58,897 nucleotides of DNA from Gnetum montanum (Eukaryota; Plantae; Gnetophyta): positions 1-58,897 of the forward strand of contig MNCI01001119.1 in the NCBI GenBank assembly GCA_015680685.1, read 5' to 3'. This document shows, in pieces, positions 39,144 to 52,619 of this stretch. A program made the position numbers and the translations under genes. Position 1 is the stretch's first letter, and every line of letters begins with the position of its first letter. The notes under the pieces are model-generated. The model was not told the DNA's origin and ran no database searches. It was given only the letters and a program-made list of their open reading frames with translations.

Positions 39144-42100
39144 TTAATCACTTTTGGTGATTTTAGATTCATTGTTATTATCGTTGGTCTTGCTGGTTCT
39201 AGCCCAAGCTTGATTTTTGGGAGTCTCCTCTTGAAAATCCACCTCAAAACCTTGATAAATTTTGACATAGATAATTGAGGGTAGTGACACATTATCTCCA
39301 TGGATCATAGTTTCTCCACCCTCATATTGCAAGTGAGTCTCCTAATGTATAGGAGATGAAACTACATGACGCTTAGCCAACCATGGCCTCCCTATGATTA
39401 AGTTGAACTCGATTCTCTCTTCAACTACTAGGAAGTTGGTGGATGTGGGAAACTATCCACTAAACACAAAATCCAAAGTGATGGAACCTTGCACTACTAC
39501 TCGTGAGCCATTAAAGGAATTAAGTTCTAAGGTGGTGGTCTCTTGGATGTTCTTGGTTAGGCCTAGTTTTTCAACAATGGAATATGGTATCATGTTTTTG
39601 GCTACCCCTTCATCTACATGAATATGATCGACCTTGTATCTACCAACATGTATGGTGATAAGGAGAGGGGCATATAGAACTTCTCTATTTCAAGAGTCAA
39701 TATTCATTTCACTGTCACAAAAGTCAAGCATGGGTTGATGCCTATTTTCCCTAACTGAAGTTTTCTCAATGATAGAGTGAATGGACTCTCTATTGGCGAG
39801 CATGTCTTTATTCATAGGGATAATAGGTGCATCCCTATGTGTAGGAGAGATCATGATCAAGTCTTACAATTTTGATGACATGTTCTTTTGGTTAAGGGAT
39901 AATTTGTCTTATCTTATGGTTGCATGAAAATTCTTTCCCTTATCTTGTAATTTTTTTCCCTTAGTAGTTCTAACCTCCTCATTCTCCCTTAGGTTTGTAA
40001 CTTAGGTTGTGATGTATGTGCCTTGTGCCCCTTGTCCATGGATGTAGTTGGTCTTGGTGTAGCCTATTTTAAAGTCTTTTTTTATTGGCCTCCTTCAATG
40101 GTCTTTGTTGTTAGTTTAGTGATAGGTTTTTTTCATCACCATTGTGAAGATGACTTCTTACTAACCTTTGAGTTATTGGCCATAATAGGTGGGTTGTGGT
40201 TATGGCTCATTGTGGTCTTACATTTTGAAGGTGTAGGGACTCGAATAAGAAATGGTTCCCTAGGCTTTGGAGGATTAGCAACTCATTGGTTATGTTGTGA
40301 GGTTGATACCAGTGAAGAGGGAGCACATATGATAAAAGGCTCCTTAGGGGTTGATGAAGATGGTTGTATGATGAAGGGCTCTCTAGGCTTTGTGTTTTAG
40401 GATTGTGATGATACTTTGATAACAAATGGTTCCCTAGGAGGATTAAACTATTTGGTTTCTCTAAATGAGGCTATGGTATAGGAGTTATTGTTGGCTCTTG
40501 GAGAGCTAGGCTCATTTAACACCAACTCTTCATGATTTATCATCTTCTAGAGGTCATCCTATAATGCTAGGCAAAAATCAATGTCATGACTAGCCATCTG
40601 ATGATAATGACAATACCTATTCAACTTCAAGTATCTTGTGTTAGGATCATCTTTGGTAGCTATTGTTGGATCCCTAGCTATGTCACAAAGATGATCATAC
40701 CTCTTAAGAGCCTCTTCAGACAATTGCTTATGATGTATATGGTTCTCTCTAAGTAACTATTCTAAGAGCTTAGAGGGTTTTAAAGGTAACTTTTCATACT
40801 TAGACCTATCCTTCTATCCAAAATTTGATCTTGGTTAATTTGGGGCATAGAAAGTGGATGATTGCAATGAGTTAAGGGATGCGTGGTATGGTGGTGATTT
40901 CCCCCTCTCTCCTTATTTTTTCTCTTTTGTTATTGCAACCAAAGTTGTATGTTCTTGCCTATTTTTACTACTATTTGTCCTCACATGTTGGTTTTTATAG
41001 GCCACGTAGGCTGGATGGTTACTTGCCTTAGCTACCTTGTCAATGTTTTTATTTGTGAGAACGCTTGGCTTAGTGACCAGGGCTCTAGGTGGTATAACTT
41101 TAACTTAATAAAGTTATTTACTACTCCCTTGTAAATGGCCAAGAGGTGGGTTTAAGCAATAGGCTTTGGGATCTCATTAAGTGTCAATTTTTATCTTTGA
41201 ATGAATCTTTTGATTGGTTCAAGTGCTCCCTACCTCACCTTGATTAATTGATCCAATGTGACATCCAACTTCAAGTTGTATCTAAAGTGATTGACAAATT
41301 GGCTAATCAAGTTCTCAAGGGAAGAGATAGAACCTCTAGGTAAGGTTCAATACCAATCTAGAGTCTTAACTTTCAGGGACATGGGAAAAATCCTCAATAT
41401 CGTATGAGGCCAAGCTTGCAAAAAGAGGCACTTATATTGGAAGGTTACTAGATGTGCATTGGGATACCCTTTACCATTGTATTTGGTGAAGTTTGGAATG
41501 GGAAAGCCTATGAGTAAAGTTATTTGAGGCACTGTAGAGCTTATAAGATCATCTTGGTAGAAATATAGAACCTTGATTATCTAAGTTGTATTGGCTTTAG
41601 GTATTCATAGCTCTTCATTAAGGTCTTAGATCATTTAGAAAGCTTGATCCAAGCCTCGGGGCATCCTTGTGGACTGCAGTGCTTGTATCGATGGTTGAGG
41701 AAAAAGTTGTATGGATTGGGATCTAGTAATAGGTAGTAGTATTGAAGGGAGAGGGTAGGTTATGATGGTCATAGGTTAGCTAAATAATGAGAAAGATGCT
41801 TATGTTGAAACTTAAGGCAAAAATGGGGAAAATGGGGTATGAGATGCTTGTGTAGCTTGGGGTCCTAATGAGGGCCCTGCTAGTATGTCAAACGGAGATG
41901 GTGAGGTAGATCTCACCATGGTTGGTGAACAAAGTTAGGTTGTATGGAAAAGGAAATTGATGAGAACAAGGAGGTGGATTGGGACATTGGTTGCATCTAA
42001 TGTGTGGTGATGATGGGTGTGGACCCGAACATGGTAGAATGAATAGGAGGAGAGTTGGACCAAAAGATTTATTCCATTTATGAGGCAAGAAATGTGGAGT

Positions 42101-42538
42101 TGGATGTGGTTGTCTAGGGAGCTAAAGATTGGAAAAGACTTTCAATGAAGGTCTTTGGCTCTTGTTCAACCTCAAACTCATCTTCCTCTCCTTGACAATC
42201 CTTTCAACTAATTCCCTCACTAAAATCATCAACTTTTGTGAGTTGTATGAGCATTTGAAGTTGGTGAGGGGGATTTTGTCATTGGGGGATGGAATGTATT
42301 CTTTCCCATCCCAAAGTATATTTTTGAATTGATTCTTGGCATCATATTTGGGGCATGGTATCAATAGATTGGCTTGCATCTTAGCATAGAGGAAGTTGTA
42401 AAAATCCTCATTGATAACTATGAAATCTAGGTTCTTGTCCCTTTGCCTAAGCAATTTCCTTCATTCTATGATTGTAGGGTCTTTTGGGTCTTAGACATGA
42501 ACTACATCTTGGTTAGATACCATGTTTGTTAAGTTCAT
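39144..42538 (-). pseudogene. gag: Decayed gag-protease of C
   Basis: IPNFTKYNGKGYPNAHL, CHYHQMASHDIDFC, protease region ~39350-39660. Confidence 0.8.
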
Positions 42539-43200
42539 GGGTAAAACAATTGATTGAATAAAAGACATTGTAAAAAAATTGCTAAAAATGGCTAAACAAA
42601 GTCGTAAAAGGTAGTAAAATTTTAAAATATATTAAAGAAGCAAAAAAAAAAAAACTAAAAATGGTTGCTTACTATAAGTAGTAAGTGGTTGCCAAAGGAG
42701 GTATACCTTTTTACTAAAAATGAAAAATAGGTGGTAACACACTCCACCCACTCTTAGCTTCCTAGTTATACCCATGCTAGGAGAAAAACAGGGGAAGAAA
42801 GGCGATAATACTTAAAATCCTAAATTTTTCTACTCAATGTTTAAGAAGGGGGATTTACTTTTGGTAAGTAAGCCAAAGTGGAAATCAAATTGGAAACTTT
42901 GATTTTCCAAAATTATGTTTTTTTGGTAGGCTACTAATGCTAATTTTGTTGAAAAAATTTTTATAGTAAGAGGGTAAGGTTTAAGGTGGAACACCCACAC
43001 TCATTTTGAAGTTTCCAATAGCTACTATGAATTTTTTGTCAAAACCCAAACATTCATGTTGGGTTTTGAAGGTAGGGGGTGGGTGATAACATTGGATTTT
43101 GGTGCATATTCAAAAGTATCAACTAAAAATCAAAGATCTGAAACTTGTACATCAGTGTAGCAGATGTGCACATAGGATTGGATGTAGGAATTGGGTGGAG

Positions 43201-43218
43201 GCTCTCCTTCTAGTGCCA
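43201..43218 (-). promoter_or_regulatory. Primer-binding site (tRNA-Asn) of C
   Basis: Minus strand TGGCACTAGAAGGAGAGC. Confidence 0.75.
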
Positions 43219-43227
43219 GAAAACTAT

Positions 43228-44480
43228 TGTGACTAAAAAATTTGATTGCTAAAAAATCAAAAGTTTTGGCATAGAAAATTTAACCCCGAATCCCCAAGAA
43301 CTCTAAAAAATGGAATCCAAGGTGCCTTGGATGGTCTAACAACTCATTCAAGGACTTAGAGAATGTAAAATGAATGATGCAACAAGAAGAATGCAAATCT
43401 AAAAACTAGAAAGAAAATACAAATTATACATGAAAATAAAACTTTAAAAATTTATTAAAAAAATAAAGAATAAGTTCAAGGGATGTGTACATAAAAATTG
43501 CCTATGAATTAGCAAAAGGGATTCACTTTGACAAGAGTTCAAGGTCCATTGAAGTTGATGTAGCCAACTCCAAGATTCGGATGTCCTGCCACTTCCAATG
43601 TTATCAAACCTCCTCTGTTGCTACTTTGAATCTAAAACATTGGCTATATTTGGCTATCAAAGTGATCTACATTGGGATTTGAAGATCTAAGGAGTGAAGC
43701 ATGGAGACCAAAAACTCACAAATCTTAGGGGGAGTAATGGGTATTACAATGTCACAAGGGTTCCATGTTGAGGAGGGTATGAAGAGTTGCATTTCCACAA
43801 GTATGCAAGAGCTCTTAGATGCTACAAATGGCAAAGCGTATGAATCTCAAAGGTTGTGGAACCTAAAAATGGTGTTGGAGTTTAGATTTTATAGGTTTTG
43901 GGCCATCGAATGGGCTAAAAATGGCTATAATTTGGCTATAATCTAGTTGCAAATTGGCTATAATTTGGCTACAAATTGTTGCAAATTTCTACCACATATA
44001 GGTAAGATGGGTGTCCAAATTTTTGGGTTACCATATATAGTAAGTGTCATATCCCCATGGACATTTTATTTACTATAAATAGTAACAAGGGCATACCATC
44101 TATGCTAGCTTTGTTTTTCTATGCTAGGCCTTCAACTTTCCTTGCTAGAATGCATGGTCAATGTTGAAGTCAATGGAGTGTTAAAATCTAGTTCCTAGTA
44201 CTTCAACACTAGGGGGGAAGTTGTGTCAACACTAAGAGGAATGAAGGAATCAACATTGTGGGGGATGAAGGAATCAACACTAGGGGGGAAGGTTAGACCC
44301 CTCCATGTTGGGCATTGTGAGTCCCTCACCCTTCCATGTTAAGATCTACCCCTCCATATTTGGAATTATGACCCACATCCCTCCATGCTAGGGGTTGGTT
44401 AGATCTACCCTCTTGTAGGTGTTTCCAACATAGAAAAGTGTATACCCCCATAAATCCCATCAAAAAGAAATTTTTTTATC
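43228..44480 (-). repeat. 5' LTR of C (distal end uncertain; short tandem repeats at 44200-44410)
   Basis: U5 end homologous to 8959-9120; minus-strand TATAAAT ~43890. Confidence 0.6.
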
Positions 44481-44496
44481 CTCCACCCCTACCCAT

Positions 44497-44498
<2 letters not shown>

Positions 44499-44530
<32 letters not shown>
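44499..44530. repeat. (CT)16 microsatellite
   Basis: Direct read. Confidence 0.9.
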
Positions 44531-44534
<4 letters not shown>

Positions 44535-45035
44535 CCCCCCCTTCAAAGCCCAAATATAGATAGTACATGACCTTTTCCTCTTAGTGGATGAGGCTTTGAC
44601 CAATTTTGAGGCATTTTGTAGCTTCAAAAGTATGAAATATGTGATATTTCCCCTTATGGATTACAACCTTCACATTTACAATGAAATTTTTCCTTGGGTT
44701 TCATGGGGCAAAGGCTACATAATGAAAAATGATTACAACATGAAATTTTTGGTGATGTTTCAATATGGGAAACTCTACATAGTATGCATAAGGATTTGGT
44801 TGTTGGTATGGATACTATTGCCTTGGCAGTGACATTCATCATGATTGTGGTTGTTGCCATTGTTGCTAGTATTTCTCTTATAGTTGAGGATGAGCCCCTC
44901 TTGGATAATAGGGTTATTAATAGGGCTTTTTGTAATTACCTTGTGATTAAGATAATTGTCTAAGCATCTATTTTTTGATAAACTTCAAGTTCAATACATG
45001 TTCCATGGACTCTTGTAAGTGATCCATGACATGAT

Positions 45036-47074
45036 TGTACTGTCTAAAATCATCAACGTGAAGCTGGAATGAAACGGACACCGAGAGATCTACAGAAGAC
45101 ACAATAAGATCCCACCTTTCCATGAGGGTAAGCTGGAAATAAATGAAGGCAGAGTGCCTTGAATGGTCTACGGGCAGATCAAACAAGGACTTCCCCTAGC
45201 GTATGCTGCTGCGATGTGCTGGCTTATACATAAACAAATACAAATGAAAACATAAATGAATGTACGAAATGTAAGATGAAAACAAAATGTAAACAAAGAT
45301 AATGGAAATTGTAACAAATGTAAATGGCATAAACCGAGAACAATGGATGGAAAAATTGTAACTATATGTATTGATTGACGATTACAAAAAAAGGGTGCAC
45401 CAGTTAGAATGCAGTTGCGGATTGATTGCAAGACGAACGTTTAGCCCAGATGTGAAGGGTGTACAAATGCTGGGAGATTGTAGGTTTCTGGTTGCAGGCA
45501 TGTAGCATGACCAAAATTGCCCTGAGTGCTCAGCGTGACCAAGTTTGGATAATGCGTAATCATACGAGATAATGATGATCAGATTCACCAACTCTCTAGA
45601 TCTTGATGCCTCAAAATTGCCAACCTTGGTTTAGTGTGAGATTAGGGTATTTATGTAGGTTTGAGCATGGGACTCAGATCTGTGTGGAAGATCCATGGTT
45701 ACCGGATGTGGGAAATGCTAATCGGGTGACAGGTTTGAACATTTTGACCAGATGCACATAATTTTACAATGTACAGGGTGCAGCATGACCAAGATCTCTT
45801 ATGGTGGCATGTGTGATCCACAGCGTAAGAGCTTGATACACTAAAAAATGCAAGATGTACAAATAGTGTTAAAGTACAAGAGTGGATCTGGATGTTTGGC
45901 CTCTGGATCTACAGATCTTTGTTTTTTTTCTCTACCAAGGCCTCTAGCATGCATGGATCTAGTTCTAGCATGTTTGTAGCATGTCCTGGTGTTAGCGTCT
46001 AGGGTCCAGCGTTTATGCTGTGCATATGCTAGTGTTAGCATGCCCGCATGACCAATGTTTACACTAGGGATACGCTGGTCAACATGACCTCTAGTGTGTC
46101 CATAAAAAATGATGTATTTTGAGCCCAAAATTAACTTTTGAGACCTATTTTTGGAGTGGGTCTGCATGCCTGATGTTGAGAGGATTCTGCACATCAAATT
46201 TGAGCTGATCTGGCCTTGGATTTGTGTCTCTTTTGGTTGGTCATGCTGTGGTCACACTGTGCAGCGTGACCTCAGCATGACATCAACGTGACTAAGTGGA
46301 AATGACACATTTTGAACCAAATTTTGATGTCTGATGCCTGTTTCTTGATGTCCAACTGCTGCTTTCTCTCCAGGGTGGTCTGGAGGCTGAATCTAAGCCC
46401 AATTTGATGTTGTTTTGGTCGTCTTTTATTTGGTCATGCTGTGGTCATGCTATGTAGCGTGAAGTTAGTGTGACCAAGTTAAAATGACACATTTGAAGCT
46501 TGAGAGTTAGTACAGTTGTTGCCTGTCCCTTGAGGATTGAGTTCATGTCGAAATTGGACCTAAAACTGCTTGATGTGCCCTTTTTTTTCTTGGTCACACT
46601 GTGGTCACATTGTGCAGTGTGACCTCAGCATGACCAATTGAAAGTGGCTCAAAACATGTGATTATGAACTTAAATTTCGAGGTTATGAAGGCTGGAAGTT
46701 GTAGGGGCCATTGACGAAGCTCATGAAGGGTCTGTGTGCTTGAATCTAGACTATTTGGACTTGATTTTGGGGCTCCAAAAGTTGGTCACGCTGTACACAT
46801 GCTGGTCTTACGTTGGGCAGTGTGACCATAGCGTGACCAAAGTGTATATAGTGAAAATGATGCATTTTGTGATTGAAACCCTAGATTCCAGATGCTGGGA
46901 GTTGGTGTAATTGCCTATGGACCCCAGGGGAACTTTGCTTGTTTAATTGTGTCTCATTTTAAACTGTTTTGGAGGCTCTCAAGTTTGGTCATGTTTTACT
47001 CATGTTGGGGTAGTGGCATGACTTATCTTGAGTCCTATCTAAAAGTGCTAGGCCAAAATTTTATGGTGTTTTTC
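45036..47074 (-). repeat. 3' LTR of D
   Basis: Both ends homologous to the B LTR ends; rich in CAGCGTGACC motifs. Confidence 0.8.
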
Positions 47075-48409
47075 TTGGCCCCTCTTTGTTGACGCCTGAA
47101 GGAATCCACCCAAGAGGCATTGACAAAGAAGTATAAAACACCACGAGCAACTTGGCATCAAGCACTGTCTGTCGGGCACCTAGTTAGATGTCATCGCACC
47201 GTGTTCAGAAGTACATTGGATCAGGAAATGAAGTTCTGAGATGCATGGGAAGTAGGTTGTAACTATGGGATTAGGGATTAATCAAGGGATTATTTTGTTT
47301 AACTGTGGGATAGGAATGCTCTTGTGAATAAGTCATGTTTGTCCTTGTCGATGGCTAGTATCTAGCAAACCTGGAACCAAGGCATGGGAGGTGTGTCCTT
47401 AGAAGGAATGAAACTCTTGTATCATGTTTAAGGGAACCCGTTGTCAATAGCCAAAGCCTCGCGATGAGGTGATGCATTCTTTGGAGAAATAGAATCCTTG
47501 GGAGTGTTAGAGGGAAGCCATTGTTAACAGCCAAAGCCACACGATGATGTGGTGCGATATGATTGCTTGAGACACAAGTGTTTTCTTTCAAGACAACTAC
47601 CTTCCTGCCTGGGGATTGTATGGGAAAGAGCCAATGGCCTTATGATGTATTTTGCTCTTTGATATTTTTTTATTTCTTTTTTTTTAATGTTGTACTCATG
47701 CTCGTGTGCTTGTAGTTGTATCATGTGCTATGTTGTGTTGTGGGTTGCAACTTCTTGGAGAGTCACAGTATGCAACAGTGTGATTCCAATGTTTGGGGTG
47801 AATGGGATGTATCTAGGAGGTGTAACTGAGTAGGATAGGGAGAACATGTTGGGGAATAAGGTATGCATCGGGAACTAGGAATGTACTCATGAGTGGATTG
47901 ATTAACCTGGTTGCATGCATCGGAAACAATGTGGTACCTTGTCACTTTGATGAAGTGCATCCATGCGTGAACACCTCAGAGCATCATCCTACAAACACAA
48001 CTCTAAGAGGACAAGAAAACCACAAGTGAGTTAGTCCAAAACACTATAAACATGAATATAGCTAATGGGATGGAGGCACCATGTTAAACTTTAGGCAAGC
48101 AAAATGAGCAGGATTAGTGTCATCAAAGTTCATGTGGTGAATTATGCAGTAGGTTTTATATGAAGATAATTCATTGATTGCAGTAATAGATCAATGGGCC
48201 AGTGATGATGTTGCTATTTTATAGTCTTAGCGGACTGTCATGGATTAGTTTTACGTCATAACCCTTTGGATATTACCAGTTTAGTGTCGTAGCGGATGGT
48301 GCAGTGCTAGTTTATAGTCATGGCAGACTGTGAAGAGGCAAGCTAGTTTATAGTCTTAGTGGACCCTAGAAGACAATAATGTGGTAATTTAACGTCATAC
48401 TGGATGGAG

Positions 48410-48752
48410 CTCTATGGTGTTAGTTTATCATCATAATGCCAGGACGAATCTGTGGTATCAGTTTACCATCCTGATGCTAGGACGAGTCTATGGTATTAGT
48501 TTACCGTCATGATGCTAGGATGAATCTATGGTATCAATTTACCATCATGATGCGAGGATGAATTTGTGATATCAGTTTACCATCATGATGCCAGGATGAA
48601 TCTGTGGTATTAGTTTATTGTCATGATGCCAGGATGAATCTGTGGTATTAGTTTACTGTCATGATGCCAGGACAAATTTGTGGTATCAGTTTATCATCAT
48701 GATGCCAGGATGATTCTATGGTATCATTTTACCATCATCATTCCAGGACGAG
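48410..48752 (-). repeat. 38-bp tandem array (~9 copies) in the 3' UTR of D
   Basis: Unit AGTTTACCATCATGATGCCAGGATGAATCTGTGGTATC with a 38-bp period. Confidence 0.9.
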
Positions 48753-48770
48753 TGCATACCTTAACTTTTT

Positions 48771-51700
48771 TCAGACATAATATAGTTTGAGGTACATGTG
48801 GTTTGTTGGATTAGCAAACTCATTGCCATTCATATCAGCCAAGTTGAACGTCCCATTTTTTTATGCCTTAGTGACTAAGTAAGGCCCTTCCCAGTTGGCT
48901 GTGAATTTGTTTGAGTGGTCACAAACTACCTTGAGGACTAGGTCACCTTCCTTGATCTGCCACTTATGTGGATTGTGCTGATGACATCGCCGTTGTTGTC
49001 TCTGGTACTATTTGATTTGATTGAGCGCTTGTATCCTTTCTTCTTCCACCAAGTCAAGGTCAAAAATGCATAGCTCATTGTTCTTACCTTCATCGAGGAG
49101 GCTAGAGAGTGTTATCCACAATGAGGAAACCTATAACTCCAAAGGTAAGACAGCTTCAAATCCGTATACAAGGCTATATCGTGTCTTACCTATGGATGTA
49201 CAATGCATCGCTCGATATGCCCATAGCACGTAAACTAGCTATTCATGCCATCTTCTTTTGCTCTGATGAAGTATTTTCTTGAGCACCATGATGATATTTT
49301 TATTCATGGAATCTTCTTGACCATTGCTTTGTGGGTAGTATGGTGATGAGAACGAGTGTTTGATGCCTACGCTCTCATAGAAGTTTTTGGTTTCGGCATT
49401 GCTGAAATGTGGTTCATTATTGGTGATTATGGTCATTGGGATGCCAAAATGGGTTACAATGTTCTCAAGTATGAAATTTCACACTTGCTTGGATGTGGTC
49501 TTCCTAAGGGGAATAGCTTCTACCCATTCTGTGAAGTATTCAATCGTGGTGATGATAAAGCTATGTCCTGCTAAAGATGGGGGAGTTATCGGTCCAATGA
49601 TGTCTAACCCCCATTTCTGGAAAGACCATGTGATTTGTGTTGTATGTAACTCATTATGTGGCACATGTATTAAATTACCATGCTTCTGACAAACGTTGCA
49701 CATTTTGACCTTGAAGAAATAATCGTATTCCATGTGTGGCCAATAATAGCCTAAATGTCTGATTTTCATTGCCATTGCCTTAGGCGCTATGTGCCCTCCG
49801 CAAAGTCCTTCATGAACTTGCTCCAGGATCGTGTGACCATCAATGCTACTAACGCACACTAACAAAATTCCTTCATAGGATCTATGACATAACATTTCTC
49901 CTATTAGCGCATATTGTCAAGAATGGTTTTGCACTGCGTCTCTTTGAGCATTTGTTAGATGTAGTGGCGGTTCACCATGTAGAAGGTACTCTTTTATGTC
50001 ATCATAACATTCCACTACATGTGTGGTACTAACGGATGCTATAAGTATGTCATCAGGAGTGTCGGTTGCGGGTTTGGCATAGTTCGTTATGGAACTAGGC
50101 AACACATAAAACATGTCAGGTGTCACGTTTAAGGCTAGTGTTGTGAGTGCATCTACGATGGTATTTTTGTTTCTGGAAACATGTTGCACGTCTATTTTTG
50201 TTAACTATTTCATCAAGTGCTTATTTAAGTCACAGTACAGTTGTAAATGTGAAGCTTTGCATGCAAAAACATCCGTGACCTGATTGATTATCAGCTGTGA
50301 GTCACCTTGAACTACGAGCCATGTGATTCCTAAAGCTAGTCCTACCATAAGACCTCTAAGAATACCTTCATACTCTACCATATTTTTGATACAAGGGAAG
50401 TTTAATTGATAGGTAGAGGATCAAATTTCTTTAGAGGGATATGTTATGATGGTTGTAGCACTTCCTCCTCGGAAGGTTGATGGTCCATCAAAGTATAAGA
50501 TTGCATCATAGTTGTCAGGTACGGTGTCTATGGCATTCACGTTCTCATCAGGGAACTCAGGGTTGATTGTTGCATGGTCTTGCATCTGTGAGGCAGTCAT
50601 TTGATTGACTATTGCTTGACCCTTTGTGGAAGATTGACCTATGTAGCGCAGGTCAAACTCAACAATCATCACCTTCCATCTAGCTATCTTGCTTGATTCG
50701 TAAATGTTATTGGTGATAGCTCTAAGCACATTATCTTTGCAAATAATGTTGACTTGGTTATGGAAGAGATAATGTCACCACTTCTTCAAGGAAAAGATAT
50801 GGGCTAGACATGACCTCTCCATGTTGTTGTATCTCCATTTGTGGGCCACTAAGGCATGGCTTAGGTAGTAGACAGGGATTTCGGTTCCATCTTCTCGTTT
50901 CTGACAAAGCATAGACGCGATAGATGAATCCGATGTTGCAAGGTAGATGTAGAAGGGTTTGTTATTCTGTGGGGGATAAACTGTTGGTAGTTGAGCTAGT
51001 GTCGTTTTGATGTTCTCAAAGGCTTCCTGGCACTGTTGAGTCCATTGAAAATGGGCATTTTTGTGCCATAAATGCTGCATGGGTTTCAACTTGTCCATCA
51101 GTTTTTTGATGAAGCACCTAATAAACTGTAATCTACCTTGTAGACTGTGTATTTTAGTAAGGTTGCTAGGTGGCTTCAAATTTTTTATTACCTTAACTTT
51201 ATTGGGATCTACTCTTATCCTTGTTTTAGATACTATGAGTCCAAGCATTTTTCCTATTTTGACCCCAAAGACACATGTCTTTGGGTTAAGTCTAAGCTCA
51301 TACTTGAGACAATGTTTAAGCACCACGATGTCATCTATGTAATCATGGAGCAAATCAAGCATATAATCACTAAAGATGTAATTCATCGCTCGCTGATATG
51401 TAGCACCGACATTTTTTAGACCAAATGGCATCATTGTATAACAAAATGTGCCCCATGGTGTCATGAAGGTTGTCCTGAGTTGATGTTCTGGGTTGATCCT
51501 AATCTAGTTGTATCCTGAGAATCCATCCATATAAAGGACAACAATGCATGCCTGGCAGTTGAATCAACAAGTTGATCAATACCAGGTAGGGGGAAGTCAT
51601 CTTTTATGGTTGCTATGTTGAGGTCATGGAAGTCAATGCATAGGCGAATGCTCCCGTTCTTCTTTGGGACTACATCCATGTTGGATACCCAATCCGTGTA

Positions 51701-52240
51701 GTCAATAGATCGGATGAAACCAGCTTGGTAAAGTTTCATGATTTCATTACGAACTGCTAATGCTACCTCAGGTTTAACCTTTCATGGTTTTTGTTTCATC
51801 GGTCTAAGTTTTGGATCAAGGATGATGTTATGCTAGACTATTTGAGGGTCTAGTCCTGGCATATTAGTATAGGACCAAGCGAATGCGTTCATGTTGTCTT
51901 TCAGCACTTGAGCTATGTCACTGGCTAGTTGTGGATTTAATAGAGTACTCATTTTTAGTATTTTAACTTTTCCATCGGACATAGTAATGGGGACTTCAGT
52001 GAGGGGATCTTCAGTGATTTTGTCAGCTTCTAAGTCTAGAGTTTTCATCATTCCCCTAAAGTAATCAAGTATCTCTTGTGTTGATACCACGAAATTGTTA
52101 TAAGTTGATGATGAGTCTAAATCAATGGATTCTAGATTGACTTCTTGTTGAATGGCCCTGTGTGGTTCATTGATAGACAACGGTGAGAAAAGGTGCTTGC
52201 TATCCATGTGTTTTCCCCTACTAATTAAATAGGGAGCCAT
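48771..52240 (-). pseudogene. pol: Decayed pol of D: RT (YIDDIVV), RNase H (YLATSDSSIASML), archaeal-type RNase H (LYFDGPS..GGSA, QGDSQLIINQV), integrase (HEGLCGGH..CNVCQ, WGLDIIGP)
   Basis: ORF-track fragments 51833-52240, 51461-51739, 50775-51464, 50421-50729, 49917-50189, 49479-49895, 49239-49436. Confidence 0.92.
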
Positions 52241-52619
52241 GTGAGCAAGGGTGAGTTGCTATTTTCTTGTAAAGTTAATTTTTATGTCTTAATGTAACTA
52301 AGGCATGTGATGAATAGTTTATCATCATACATGGACGCTTGGCAATTTTAGGCCTTACTAGGGCCAGGTGTGGTAGTTTAAGGCCATATCGGGCTAGCTA
52401 CCAGTCATGTTTGAAGTATATACAAGTATTATGATTTTTGTGATTGTTGGATTTTTTTTGTCCAAATGCATGGGTTACTTTGCAAAACTTAATAAATATG
52501 CACGAGAGAAATGAAAAGAAGTAGCTACTTTGGGAGCACAAGTATAAAGTAAAAATAAATAAGAGGAGAGAGGACATGGCACCACGTAATTACAAAATGG
52601 GATAAAATGGCCCCAAATG

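Larger units (their letters stand above)
38504..44480 (-). mobile_element. Tat/Ogre-type element 'C' (5' LTR, PBS, gag-PR), interrupted by A
   Basis: PBS 43201-43218, LTR from 43228, gag-PR 39144-42538; far LTR boundary uncertain. Confidence 0.75.

Noticed and set aside
48410-48752. CRISPR-like periodicity
   Set aside because: Contiguous tandem units without unique spacers, in a eukaryotic retrotransposon 3' UTR; no cas genes
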